Notes: generated by a model not told the origin, from the sequence alone. Positions 36,401 through 46,839 are shown, counted from the first letter of the stretch. The stretch: DNA of 64,000 nt from Mobula hypostoma (GCF_963921235.1 NC_086108.1:75952001-76016000), one strand, 5' to 3'. Program-made: numbers and translations.

Positions 36401-39400
36401 TAACTTTGAAGCACCTTAAAACTATGACCTCTCGTGCTAGCCATTTCAGCCCTGGGAAAAAGCCTCTGACTATCCACATTATCAATGCCTTTCATTATCT
36501 TGTACACCTCTATCAGCTCACCTCTTATCCTCTGTCGCTCCAAGGAGAAAAGGCCGAGTTCACTCAACCTATTCTCATAGGGCATGCTCCTCAATCCAAG
36601 CAACATCTTTGTAAATCTCCTCTGCACCCTTTCTATGGTTTCCACATCCTTCCTGTAGTGAGGCGAACAGAATTGGGCATGGTACTCCAAGTGGGGTCTG
36701 ACCAGAGTCTTTATAGCTGCAACATTACCTCTCGGCTCTTAAACTCAATCCCATGGTTGATGAAGGCCAATGCACCGTATGCCTTCTTAACCACAGAGTC
36801 AACCTGCGCAGCAGCTTCGAGTGTCCTATGGACTTAGACCCCAAGATCCCTCTGATCCTCCACACGGCCAAGAGTCTTACCTTTAATACTATATTCTGCC
36901 ATCATATTTGACCTACCAGAATGAACCACCTCACACTTATCTGGGTTGAACTTCATCTGCCACTTCTCAGCCCAGTTTTGCATCCTATCAATGCCCATTG
37001 TAACTGCTGACAGCCCTCCAAACTATCCACAACACCCCCAACCTTTGTGTAATCAGCAAATTTTCTAACCCATCCCTCCACTTCCTCATCCAGCTCATTT
37101 ATAAAAATCACGAAGAGTAAGGGTTCCAGAACAGATCCATGAGGCACACCACTGGTCACCGACCTCCATGCAAAATATGAACCATCTACAACCACTCTTT
37201 GCCTTCTGTGGGCAAGCCATTTCTGGATCCACAAAGCAATGTCCCCTTCGAACCCATGCCTCCTTACTTTCTCAATAAGCCTTGCATGGGGTACCTTATC
37301 AAATGCCTTGCTGAAATCCATATACACTACATCTACCGCTCTACCTTCATCAATGTGTTCAGTCACATCCTCAAAAAATTCAATCAGGCTCGTAAGGCAC
37401 GACCTGCCTTTCACAAAGCCATGCTGACTATCCCTAATCATATTATGCCTCTCCAAATGTTCATAAATCCTGTCTCTCAGGATCATCTCCATCAACTTAC
37501 CAACCAATGAGGTAAGACTCACTGGTCTATAATTTCCTAGGCTATCTCTACTCCCTTGCTTGAATAAAGGAACAACATCTGCAACCCTCCAAACCTCCAG
37601 AACCTCACCCATCCACATTGATGATGCAAAGATCATCGCCAGAGGCTCAGCAATCTTCTCCCTCGCTTTCCACAGTAGCCTGGGGTACATCCTGTCCTGT
37701 CCCGGTGACTTTTCCAACTTTCCAAAAGCTCCAGTATATCCTCTTCCTTAATACCTACATGCTCAAGCTTTTCAGTCCGCTGCAAGTCATCCCTACAATC
37801 ACCTTTTCCAGAGTGAATACTGAAGCAAGTATTAAGTACCTAACAAGTTAATAACTGGTAGAACTTCCGTCAGCAGCAATAACCTCCACCAGACATTTCC
37901 TGTAGCTGTTGATCAGTCTTGCCTAAAGACAAGGAGGAATTTTAAACAAAATTGTTTCAGTTCATCAATATTTCTGGGATACCTTGCATAAACAGCCCTC
38001 TTCAGGTCATGCCACAGCATCTCAGTTGGGTTAAGGTCTGGAATCTGACACAATTTTCTTCTTTTTAAACCATTCTGTTGTTGATTTACTTTTGAGTTTC
38101 ATTTCATTATCTTGTTGCATCATCCAACTTCTATTAAGTTTCAGGTGATGGACTGCAACCTTGACATTCTCCTGTAAAGTGTCTTGATGCAATTTTGAAT
38201 TCACTGTTCCCTTAATGATTGCAAGCTGTCCAGGCCCTGAGGCAGCAAAGCAGCCTCAAACCATGATGCTCCTTCCACCATGCTTTACTGTTGGAATTCG
38301 GTTTTGGTAGTCATGTGCAGTGCCCTTTTTCCTCCAAACATAGCGGTGTGCATTTCTTGTCTGATCTGTCCACAGAACATTGTCCTAGAAGCAACACCCA
38401 GAAGGTCTTTTGCAAACTTGAGACGTGTAGCACTTTTTTCTGGAAAACAATGCTTCCCTCTGTGGTATCCTTCCATGAATACCATTCTTGTTCAGTGTTT
38501 TTCTTATAGTGGACACATGATCAGAGGCTTTAGCAAGTAGTATTGACTTCTGCAGATCTTCTGCTGTTACTCTTGGGTTCTTTTTCACCTCCTTCAGCAT
38601 TGCATGTTGTGCTCTTGGTGTGATTCTTGCAGGATGCCCACTCCTAGGGATAGTAGCAACAGTACTGAATTTCCTCCATTTGTAGAGGACTGATGGACAC
38701 TCAGGTCTTTCAGAAATGCTTCTGTAGCCTTTTCCAGCTTGATGCATCTTTACAACTCTTCTAAGGTCCTCTGAAAGTTGTTTTGATCAAGGCATAGTGG
38801 ACATAAACAGATCTTTCTTGAGAAGAGCAGGCTCTGTCAGTAACCAGACTGTGTTTTATATATAAAATTGTAGAAGGCATTAACCCAGAGGTTCACATAC
38901 TTTTTTGAACCTAGACTGTGACTGTTTAAATGGTGTACTCAGTATTGACAAGTAGTAGTACAATTGTTTGTATATTAGTTAAGGCAGATTGTGTTTGTCT
39001 TATTGTGACTTAGAATCTAAATCTTAGATGAAGATCAGACCCCATTTTATGAGTAATTAACGCAGAAAACCAGGTAATTGCAAAGGGTTCACAAGTTTTT
39101 TCTTGCAACTGTATTATGATTACAACTCAATAAATATACATACACTTTTGTTAAGTTAACCAAGTTTGGTTCATCACCAATTCAAAATGTTTTAAGTCCT
39201 TGTATAGAAAATAGTCTGGAAAATCATTCAAAAGCTTTACTGCCCAAAAAAAAACAAGAACTGTTTATCTAAATCTATGTTAAACCTCAAATGCTCTATT
39301 TAAAACACACTGCATTTGCAAATGCTTAAATAATTTTGGTGTACTTATCACATTAAAGTTGCAATAATGGAAACCAAATAACAACTATTAGAGTTTTGAA

Positions 39401-39645
39401 TCCCCTTCTATTTCATCTATACCTCCAGGTAAATTGGAGAATTGAGTTCTATGTCCAAATAAAACCACATTCCATGCATTGAAGTGTCAAAAATGCAAAA
39501 CATTTTGATTTACATTTACTATTAAAAGCTGAAACAAAAAATTAGAAGTATTGTTCAATACAGAAGCATTACAACTTACCTTTATTTTTGCAACATTGCA
39601 GTCAGTGTCATTTAGTAGGGAATTTAGCTGAGTGTCCCAGTTCAT
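3306..39645 (-). CDS. CCDC163: CCDC163-like coiled-coil protein, 3'-incomplete; complement(join(3306..3464,6945..7024,8903..8982,13042..13118,22266..22333,22751..22943,23017..23098,23751..23905,25610..25643,39580..39645))
   Basis: Ten GT-AG exons with compatible phases give 994 nt with no stop. The N-terminus [25 protein letters not shown] and the segment [19 protein letters not shown] resemble human CCDC163 as recalled. Head-to-head position with MMACHC matches the human locus. Confidence 0.85.
4000..5530 (+). mobile_element. Rex1/Babar-like LINE, degenerate RT and 3' end
   Basis: [23 protein letters not shown] and KAQQ motifs; related to the element at 26.4-28.8 kb. Confidence 0.8.
6000..6900 (+). 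mobile_element. Highly decayed CR1 fragment
   Basis: Remnants of NYRPISL and ISKFINDTK. Confidence 0.45.
6945..7024 (-). CDS. CCDC163: CCDC163-like exon ([26 protein letters not shown])
   Basis: Acceptor tttttttag|, donor CAG|gtgtgt; phase 2 to 1. Confidence 0.78.
7555..7972 (+). mobile_element. CR1 LINE 3' end, 5'-truncated
   Basis: [13 protein letters not shown]...TRGHSLRI...[11 protein letters not shown]2 C-terminus plus 3' UTR. Confidence 0.9.
8903..8982 (-). CDS. CCDC163: CCDC163-like exon ([26 protein letters not shown])
   Basis: Acceptor ccttcttgatag|, donor CAG|gtgaat; phase 0 to 2. Confidence 0.78.
9680..11645 (-). mobile_element. CR1 LINE, 5'-truncated, young family
   Basis: [53 protein letters not shown]-type tail at ~9681. 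Confidence 0.93.
11935..12545 (+). mobile_element. CR1 LINE 3' fragment
   Basis: [14 protein letters not shown] and [15 protein letters not shown]-type tail. Confidence 0.85.
13042..13118 (-). CDS. CCDC163: CCDC163-like exon ([26 protein letters not shown])
   Basis: Acceptor ttgtttcag|, donor |gtaaat; phase 1 to 0. Confidence 0.85.
13853..14010 (-). mobile_element. Ty3/Gypsy RNase H C-terminal fragment
   Basis: Translates as [35 protein letters not shown], matching the Gypsy RNase H end motif. Confidence 0.7.
14241..15397 (-). mobile_element. Rex1/Babar-like LINE, 5'-truncated
   Basis: [36 protein letters not shown]; (TTCAA)n tail. Confidence 0.88.
15868..18345 (-). mobile_element. CR1 LINE, degenerate
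   Basis: RT, C-terminal and 3' UTR remnants on the minus strand. Confidence 0.85.
18525..18980 (-). mobile_element. Decayed CR1 3' end
   Basis: [14 protein letters not shown] remnant; gaacataagaaatag tail. Confidence 0.6.
19700..20420 (-). mobile_element. CR1 3' end containing a nested younger CR1 3' end (~19910-20305)
   Basis: An (aacatag)3 tail at ~19911 interrupts an older copy that resumes at ~20306. Confidence 0.75.
22266..22333 (-). CDS. CCDC163: CCDC163-like exon ([22 protein letters not shown])
   Basis: Acceptor ttattaacag|, donor |gtaagt; phase 2 to 1. Confidence 0.88.
22751..22943 (-). CDS. CCDC163: CCDC163-like exon (EIRRLQEQ...SSLMQEVHE)
   Basis: Acceptor ttttgcag|, donor |gtagaa; 193 nt, phase 1 to 2. 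Confidence 0.88.
23017..23098 (-). CDS. CCDC163: CCDC163-like exon ([27 protein letters not shown])
   Basis: Acceptor ctttag|, donor |gtaat; heptad-like sequence; phase 0 to 1. Confidence 0.88.
23751..23905 (-). CDS. CCDC163: CCDC163-like exon (GSRDMVDMK...[21 protein letters not shown])
   Basis: Acceptor ctctctcttag|, donor |gtaagt; phase 1 to 0. Confidence 0.85.
24210..24890 (+). mobile_element. Non-autonomous retroelement (GC-rich head, LINE-like 3' tail)
   Basis: GC/CpG-rich block starting agaagatgacggcg and ending in a T-rich tail, aatgacaataaa and aatctaat; no credible protein. Confidence 0.55.
25610..25643 (-). CDS. CCDC163: CCDC163-like 34-nt exon ([11 protein letters not shown])
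   Basis: Acceptor ttttgtttgcag|, donor AAG|gtaggt; phase 0 to 1 fits its neighbours. Confidence 0.8.
26021..26327 (+). mobile_element. tRNA-derived SINE
   Basis: Pol III A box TGGCCAAGTGG and B box GTTCGAGCC followed by a non-tRNA body. Confidence 0.8.
28859..30047 (-). mobile_element. hAT (Charlie/Buster-like) non-autonomous DNA transposon
   Basis: TIRs caggggtccccaacc / ggttggggaccgctg; 8-bp TSD ctctaaag/ctctaatg; hAT C-terminal remnant [13 protein letters not shown]...LLPFPTYLC. Confidence 0.9.
29266..29499 (+). mobile_element. CR1 extreme 3' fragment nested in the hAT element
   Basis: [10 protein letters not shown] plus CR1 3' UTR, flanked by a 10-bp direct repeat ataagtcaat (29256-29265, 29500-29509). 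Confidence 0.75.
32118..33800 (+). mobile_element. Tigger/pogo-like non-autonomous DNA transposon
   Basis: TA|CAGG...CCTG|TA termini; remnants [12 protein letters not shown] and [11 protein letters not shown]...[10 protein letters not shown]. Confidence 0.85.
32955..33286. repeat. Palindromic hAT-like MITE inside the Tigger element
   Basis: Long imperfect inverted arms (aataaacaagctaattaattaggtgc / gcacctaattaattagcttgtttatt) around a short loop near 33110; end gggaccactg resembles a Charlie-type TIR. Confidence 0.7.
33967..35529 (+). mobile_element. Academ-like DNA transposon, internally deleted
   Basis: ~130-bp TIRs starting TAGTCC; 3-bp TSD tag (33964-33966, 35530-35532); transposase remnants [35 protein letters not shown]-terminal Cys8 cluster. 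Confidence 0.75.
35949..39111 (-). mobile_element. Tc1-like transposon with long IR/DR-type TIRs, decayed, interrupted by CR1
   Basis: TA|cagttgcaagaaaa...tcttgcaactg|[31 protein letters not shown]. Confidence 0.9.
36166..37848 (-). mobile_element. CR1 LINE nested in Tc1; same young family as 9680-11645
   Basis: 254-aa RT ORF with [29 protein letters not shown]. Confidence 0.93.
39580..39645 (-). CDS. CCDC163: CCDC163-like first coding exon ([22 protein letters not shown])
   Basis: Acceptor ctactacag| 4 nt before ATG (exon starts 39649); donor AAG|gtaagt. Confidence 0.85.
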
Positions 39646-40724
39646 GTTTCTGTAGTAGGAGTGTAAACATAGGCAATGTCAATAGCAACCTCAAATAAAT
39701 CACAAGGCTGCATACTTTATTTCTCCTTTTGGCAAGTTCCTGTTGCCATGATGGTGGTAGGCACAATGTTTGGTAAATACTGAACAATAAAAGGATTTGT
39801 TTCTGCAACTACATTGTTAAATGTGTTTCCCACATTATTCAAATGTTAATTTCTCAAAATAAAAATTTGCATTTATTGTGGCCATGATGCAGTCCATTGC
39901 TGATCCCATCATTCCCACTAAGCCCATGTAAGCATCTTCCATCATTGAAGATAACGACCTGTGATCCAACTCCATTTATGCAGATCCTATATCCCTAGGA
40001 ATTAATGGAAAGACTGAAAGTAAAAGAGGTAGGGAGAGAAAGTAAAGTTTAGGATGCAAAATCCATCACTCGGGTTTATTTTTTTCTTTTACTGTATTTA
40101 TTTACTGGCAGTGTCAGCAAGGTTGACATTTATTGCCCAAAGGAACTAGGTAAGAGAAGGGAATGCCACTCCTCTTGGGGTGAAAGGAGTTCTAAAAGGC
40201 ATGAGAGTCATGAGCTATAGGGTTGGAGAAGGTTAGAGAGACAGGGATGAGAAATTTACATGGACTTTTGGGCAACCAGAACTAAATAGTCAGAAAATAT
40301 AGAGAATGTGTAATACATATGTGAATACAGGGAGCAGAGTTTTGAAAGGATGGGAGGGGTGCAGATAAGATCACCTGGAACACTTGAATGTGGAACAGCA
40401 GCATGGTATTAAATGAAAGCAGCAGTTTGGACAGGTAATATTATGGAGTTACATGTAGGCAACCTTTTTTGGTTAAGAGGATTCAGCACCTATTTGAGTC
40501 AAATGCAATGCAATTGTAAAATCTGGTCCGACTCAAATAGTGATCAAGGACAGGGTGGGGGGTGAGCGGTTGGATGAAATTGGTGGCAGGGTGCAGCAAT
40601 GCTAAAACGGGCTGATGAAATAGATTATGCTCCCCCCCCCCACTGTCGAAAGAGTTGCTCATTCGGCCCTTAATACCTGCTCTGCCATTTACTACGGTCA
40701 TGGGTAAATTTTCTATGTTTTCTT

Positions 40725-41238
40725 GTGCAGATTTCCTGGACGACTTCACTTTCGGTCCATTCGCTACTGCATTCGGTTTCGATTGTTACCCTTTCCTCTC
40801 CCAATTGCATCAGCTCTTCATCTATCTTTTGTCATGGGATGCCAAAACCCCTTCAACATCATCTTCGTCAACTTCCACAAGCCAAACTCACTTTGTCCTT
40901 ACTTCGTTCACCACGATTGAAACGCTTAATTATGTCTAGTTTTACGCTAAGTGTAACACCCTTACGAGCTCGTTTAGGCTTTTCCGATACCTTAGAACTT
41001 ACCTTCCTAACGGATGCTCAAAATAAATCGACATAAAGCACAGATGCTCACAGGCACATGTTTAAGCAATGCCGGCTAGAATGCAGTTCTGGGGGAGGAG
41101 ATTGGCTGCTCGGGGCACGCGCTGCCTTTTATCGTAACAGTGAAAACACCTTCTGTTAGTGAAAACAGGTAACTAATACAGGTCTTTCATAACAGCGAGG
41201 TGTCGTAAAGCGAACGTTCGAAAAGTGGGGGATGCCTG
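40725..41238 (-). mobile_element. Truncated Tigger-like copy, same family as 32118-33800, inverted
   Basis: Reverse complement aligns by eye to 32118-~32620; ends gatgcctg|TA. Confidence 0.85.
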
Positions 41239-41239
41239 T

Positions 41240-41600
41240 ACTACTTGTGCCTTGATTCCCTTGATATCCAAAAGAGTTTCAGTCTGTCTTGAATATATTT
41301 AACAAAATTTAACATTCCTCTTGGGGAGAGCATTTCAAAGATTCACTACCCTCTAAATAAGGAAATTATTTTTTATTTTTCCAATCACAAAAGTCCTAAT
41401 TCTTATTTTGAGAGAACCAGCCAGAAGAAACATCATCCATGTTACACTCCAAAAAAACTTTATGTCTAAATGAGATCACCTCTCATTCTTCTAAGTTTTA
41501 GCAAATATTAAAGATTAAGCAATAAGACAATATCCCCATCCTGGATATCAATCTGGTAAACCTTTATTGCCATCCTCAGTGACAATAACATCCTTCAGAT
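41240..41600 (-). mobile_element. Decayed CR1 3' fragment
   Basis: gagatcacctctcattcttcta is the reverse complement of RRMRGDL. Confidence 0.5.
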
Positions 41601-42690
41601 AACCACAGCATCTCCTGATATCGACTGTAGATTAGATGTACATTGCCTAGTGGTAACAATCTAGTACTAGCTAAATGCATCTACTTTTCAAAACTATCCC
41701 ATGTTGCCAACGTGTCTTTATGCCAGAGCTTAGTCACCATAAAACATTGAAGATTGTGGGGTTAGTTCCTGTCACTAAGCTCCTCCAAATCATCAACTTC
41801 TCCTTGGTGAATTATTTTTGGTGGATAAAACCACAAAACTTACGAAAATGATCTGCCAACAGCATATGCCTTCCACAGTCGATAATTTCTAAACTTTACT
41901 TTTCTCTCCCTGCCCCTTCAATAAAACTCCATTCCGTGTTTTCATCATTTCCAATTATATTCTTCTAAACTTAAGACAACAGAGACCTAAACTGATGATG
42001 GCAGCACAGTAACCATAGTTAACATGGACTTCAGTAGACTGATGAAGGCCAGCATGGTAGATGTGGTATGTGTGAATTTCAGAAAGGATTATGGCTGATC
42101 CAGACGGTTAAGGCACAAGGGTGTTAGCAAACTGGATCCAAAACTGATGTACAGAGAAATCTTGTGGTGCAAGACCATAGTTCCCTGAAAGTAATGAACA
42201 AGTGGATAAGGTAGTGAAAACGTGTTTGGTATGCTTGATTTCATAAGCCAAAACATTGAGCACAAGGGTTAGAATGTCATGTTACAGTTGCACAAAACTA
42301 TGGTTAGACTTTTTAGGGTATTATGTATCGTTCTTGTCATCACACTATGGGAAGGCCTTATTAGCAATAAAGTTTGCAGAAAAGATTCATCAGGACATTG
42401 CCTGCAATGGAGGGCTGTACTTACAAGGGCAGATTAATTAGACTGGGCTTATTATCACGAGTATATAGGAGGCTGAGGGATGAACTTACAGCGATTTATA
42501 CAATTATGATTTTATATACTTCCCCACACCCCGCAAGAAATGTAAGTCGAGTTTAGGTGAGATAAGGAATTTCAAGAAGATCTGAGGAGTAAATTTTTCC
42601 ATACAGAGAATGATAGTTATCTGGAATGAGCAACACACATCAAAGTTGCTGGTGAACGCAGCAGGCCACGCAGCATCTCTAGGAGAGGTA

Positions 42691-42728
42691 CAGTCGATGT
42701 TTCAGGCCGAGACCCTTCGTCAGGACTA
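42691..42728 (-). ncRNA. Minimal type I hammerhead ribozyme motif in Penelope pLTR (left arm)
   Basis: UAGUC-CUGACGA-AGG(GUCUCGG)CCU-GAAAC-AUC-GACUG. Confidence 0.65.
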
Positions 42729-45557
42729 ACTGAAGAAAGAGCTAGTAAGAGATTTAAAAGTGGGAGGGGGAGGGGGAGATCCAAAATGATAGGAGAAGAC
42801 AGGAGGGGGAGGGATGGAGCCAAGAGCTGGACAGGTGATTGGCAAAAGGGATATGAGAGGATCATGGGGCAGGAGGCCCAGGGAGAAGGAAAAGGGGGAG
42901 GGGGGGAACCCAGAGGATGGGCAAGGGGTATAGTCAGAGGGACAGAGGGAGAAAAGGGAGAGAGAGAGAGAGAGAGAGAAAGAATGTGTGTATATAAATA
43001 ACGGATGGGGTACAAGGGGGGGAGGTGGGGCATTAGCGGAAGTTAGAGAAGTCAATGTTCATGCCATCAGGTTGGAGGCTACCCAGACGGAATATAAGGT
43101 GTTGTTCCTCCAACCTGAGTGTGGCTTCGTCTTTACAGTAGAGGAGGCCGTGGATAGACATGTCAGAATGGGAATGGGATGTGGAATTAAAATGTGTGGC
43201 CACGGGGAGATCCTGCTTTCTCTGTCGGACAGAACGTAGGTGTTCAGCAAAACGATCTCCCAGTCTGCGTTGGGTCTCGCCAATATATAGAAGGCCACAT
43301 CGGGAGCACCGGTCACAGTATATCACCCCAGCCGACTCACAGGTGAAGTGTCGCCTCACCTGGAAGGACTGTCTGGGGTCCTGATTGGTGGTAAGGGAGG
43401 AAGTGTAAGGGCATGTGTAGCACTTGTTCTGCTTACAAGGATAAGTGCCGGGAGGGAGATCAGTGGGGAGGGATGGGGGGGGACGAGTGGACAAGGGAGT
43501 CACGTAGGGAGCGATCCTTGTGGAAAGCAGAGGGGGGGGAGGGAAAGATGTGCTTAGTGGTGGGATCCCATTGGAGGTGGCGGAAGTTACGGAGAATAAT
43601 ATGTTGGACCCGGAGGCTGGTCAGGTGGTAGGTGAGGACCAGGGGAACCTTATTCCTAGTGGGGTGGCGGGAGGATGGAGTGAGAGCAGATGTGTGTGAA
43701 ATGGGGGAGATGCGTTTGAGAGCAGAGTTGATGGTGGAGGAGAGGAAGCCCCTTTCTTTAAAAAAGGAGGACATCTCCCTCGTCCTGGAATGAAAAGCCT
43801 CATCCTGAGAGCAGATGTGGCGGAGACGGAGGAATTGCAAGAAGGGGATGGCATTTTTGCAAGAGACAGGGTGAGAAGAGGAATAATCCAGATAGCTGTG
43901 AGAGTCAGTAGGCTTATAGTAGACATCAGTAGATAAGCTGTCTCCAGAGATAGAGACAGAAAGATCTAGAAAAGGGAGGGAGGTGTCAGAATGGACCAGG
44001 TGAACTTGAGGGCAGGGTGAAAGTTGGAGGCAAAGTTAATAAAGTCAACGAGCTCAGCATGCAGGCAGGAAGCAGCGCCAATACAGTCGTTGATGTAGTG
44101 AAGGAAAAGTGGGGGACTGATACCAGAATAGGTTTGGAATTCCGAACCTATTCTGGTATTTGTCCCCCACTTTTCCTTCGCTACATCGACTGCATTGGCG
44201 CTGCTTCCTGCACGCATGCTGAGCTCGTTGACTGAGTTCGGAATTCCGAACCTATTCTGGTATCTGTCCCCCACTTTTCCTACGCTACATCGACTGCATT
44301 GGCGTTGCTTTCTGCACGCATGCTGAGCTCGTTGACTTTATTAACTTTGCCTCCAACTTTCACCCTGCCCTCAAGTTTACCTGGTCCATTTCCAACACCT
44401 CCCTCCCCTTTCTAGATCTTTCTGTCTCTATCTCTGGAGACAGCTTATCTACTGATGTCTACTATAAGCCTACTGACTCTCACAGCTATCTGGACTATTC
44501 CTCTTCTCACCCTGTCTCTTGCAAAAATGCCATCCCCTTCTCGCAATTCCTCCGTCTCCGCCACATCTGCTCTCAGGATGAGGCTTTTCATTCCAGGACG
44601 AGGGAGATGTCCTCCCTTTTTAAAGAAAGGGGCTTCCCCTCCTCCACCATCAACTCTGCTCTCAATCGCATCTCCCCCATTTCACGCACATCTGCTTTCA
44701 CTCCATCCTCCCGCCACTGCACTAGGAATAGGGTTCCCCTGGTCCTCACCTACCACCCCACCAGCCTCCGGGTCCAACATATTATTCTCCGTAACTTCCG
44801 CCACCTCCAACAGGATCCCACCACTAAGCACATCTTTCCCTTCCCCCCCCCCCGCTTTCTGCAAGGATCGCTCCCTACGCGACTCCCTTGTCCATTCGTC
44901 CCCCTCATCCCTCCCCACCGATCTCCCTTCTGGCACTTATCCTTGTAAGCGGAACAAGCGAAACTTCACCTGTGAGTCGGCTGGGGTGATATACTGTGTC
45001 CGGTGCTCCCGATGTGGCCTTCTATTTATTGGCGAGACCCAATGCAGACTGGGAGATCGTTTTGCTGAACACCTATGCTCTGTCCGCCAGAGAAAGCAGG
45101 ATCTCCCGGTGGCCACACATTTTAATTCCACATCCCATTCCCATTCTGACATGTCTATCCACGGCCTCCCCTACTGTAAAGATGAAGCCACACTCAGGTT
45201 GAAGGAACAACACCTTATATTCCATCTGGGTAGCCTCCAACCTGATGGCATGAACATTGAATTCTCTAACTTCTGCTAATGCCCCACCTCCCCCTCGTAC
45301 CCCATCCGTTATTTATATACACACATTCTTTCTCTCTCTCTCTCCTTTTTCTCCCTCTGACTATACCCCTTGCCCATCCTCTGAGTTTCCCCCCCCCCTT
45401 CTCCCTGGGCCTCCTGTCCCTTGATCCTCTCATATCCCTTTTGCCAATCACCTGTCCAGCTCTTGGCTCCATCCCTCCCCCTCCTGTCTTCTCCTATCAT
45501 TTTGGATCTCCCCCTCCCCCTCCCACTTTTAAATCTCTTACTAGCTCTTTCTTCAGT

Positions 45558-45595
45558 TAGTCCTGACGAAGGGTCTTGGCCTGAAACATCGACTG
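45558..45595 (+). ncRNA. Minimal type I hammerhead ribozyme motif in Penelope pLTR (right arm)
   Basis: UAGUC-CUGACGA-AGG(GUCUUGG)CCU-GAAAC-AUC-GACUG. Confidence 0.65.
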
Positions 45596-46839
45596 TACCT
45601 CTTCCTAGAGATGCTGCCTGGCCTGCTGCATTCACCAGCAACTTCAATGTGTGTTGCTTGAATTTCCAGCATCTGCAGAATTCCCCGTGTTTGCGTTAAC
45701 TGGAATGAGCTGCCAGAGTACATGGTATAGGCAGATACTATCACATTTAAAAGAGAGTTGGCCAGGAAATGCATAGATGGATACAGACCCAAAAAGGATT
45801 AACAATGATAGGAAAGAAGAAACACAGTCTGCATGGATGAGGTGGGCTGAAAGGGCCTGTTACTGTGTTGTACAATATCTCTATGCTGTTTTTGATGGCC
45901 AATTATCTCTGATCTGTAAGTAACCATTCATTCTACGTTAAGCTTTCTATAGCACTTCTCAAAGCCAGTCTCCCATATCTGGCATCTCTCTCTGCAATCC
46001 AAAGCTCTGAATTTAAAGAACAATACTGCAGAGGTACAAGTAAAAAGAAAGTTGAGAGATTTAATGCACAGATTATTATCAAGCATTACTTAAAACTGCA
46101 AATTCTCAATACGAATTAGGAAGACTGAAAGGATCAAAAACAATGGATCAGTATTGAAATGGATGAAATTTAGTTCTAATGGTAGATATTTATTAAGTGG
46201 TTTGACAGCAATGAGACGATAGATTCTATAGTTACCTCTGTGCTACCGATTTCTATCATTCCCCAAGCAACGAACATATCGTTATACTGCAGGTCCAGTA
46301 TCAAAGCATAATCGTGAAACTTACTTCAAATTTGCAGACGATGTTACAACAGACTTGGGGGTGGATTGGTAGTGATTAGGGGATAGTGAGGAAGAAAGAC
46401 AAGAAATCATCATTAGAAACGCAACGGCAGTATTTTAAGTTTTAGGAAAGGGACAATATAACAATAGAATGGGCACCAGTGAAGTCTCTGCAGAAGGATG
46501 AAGCACGAAGAGTGAGGAAAATGTAAAGAAGAGTTGGGCCAAGAACTTTCTTTGGGGCAGCAGAGGATAGAAGGGAAGGATATTATAGATGTTAATGAAA
46601 AACCTGAACCTCCACTGGCCTCCATGACCCCCATTTTACCGGCTGTACGACGTATTTGACGAGACACAGAGGGGGATTTTGGCAACTCGACCACTCTCCA
46701 GCGCCAGAAAGCTCAAAACAACCCCGAAGAGCTGCTGCGAAACCTCCCAACATTGTCTACCTTCTCAAGCGGAAACCATTGGAGGCAACGCTACTTACAC
46801 TGTTAGAAACGGCCATTGAAATGTTAGGACAGTACTCAC

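Larger units (their letters stand above)
42632..45694. mobile_element. Penelope-like element: inverted, 5'-truncated pair (minus arm 42632-44139, plus arm 44140-45694)
   Basis: RT thumb HPALKFTW...PFLD...YKPTDSH; GIY-YIG VIYC..C..C..LYIGET.RRL..RFAEH; 16-bp TSD gttatctggaatgagc/gttaactggaatgagc. Confidence 0.92.
42000..45890 (+). mobile_element. Decayed CR1 (42000-42631 and 45695-45890) hosting the Penelope insertion
   Basis: KFFHTE..IWNE|LP continuity across the insertion; 3' UTR at ~45.85 kb. Confidence 0.65.

Noticed and set aside
44455..45279. 274-aa ORF as a domesticated GIY-YIG gene
   Set aside because: Frameshift chimera of an off-frame Penelope RT region and the endonuclease, with an internal deletion.
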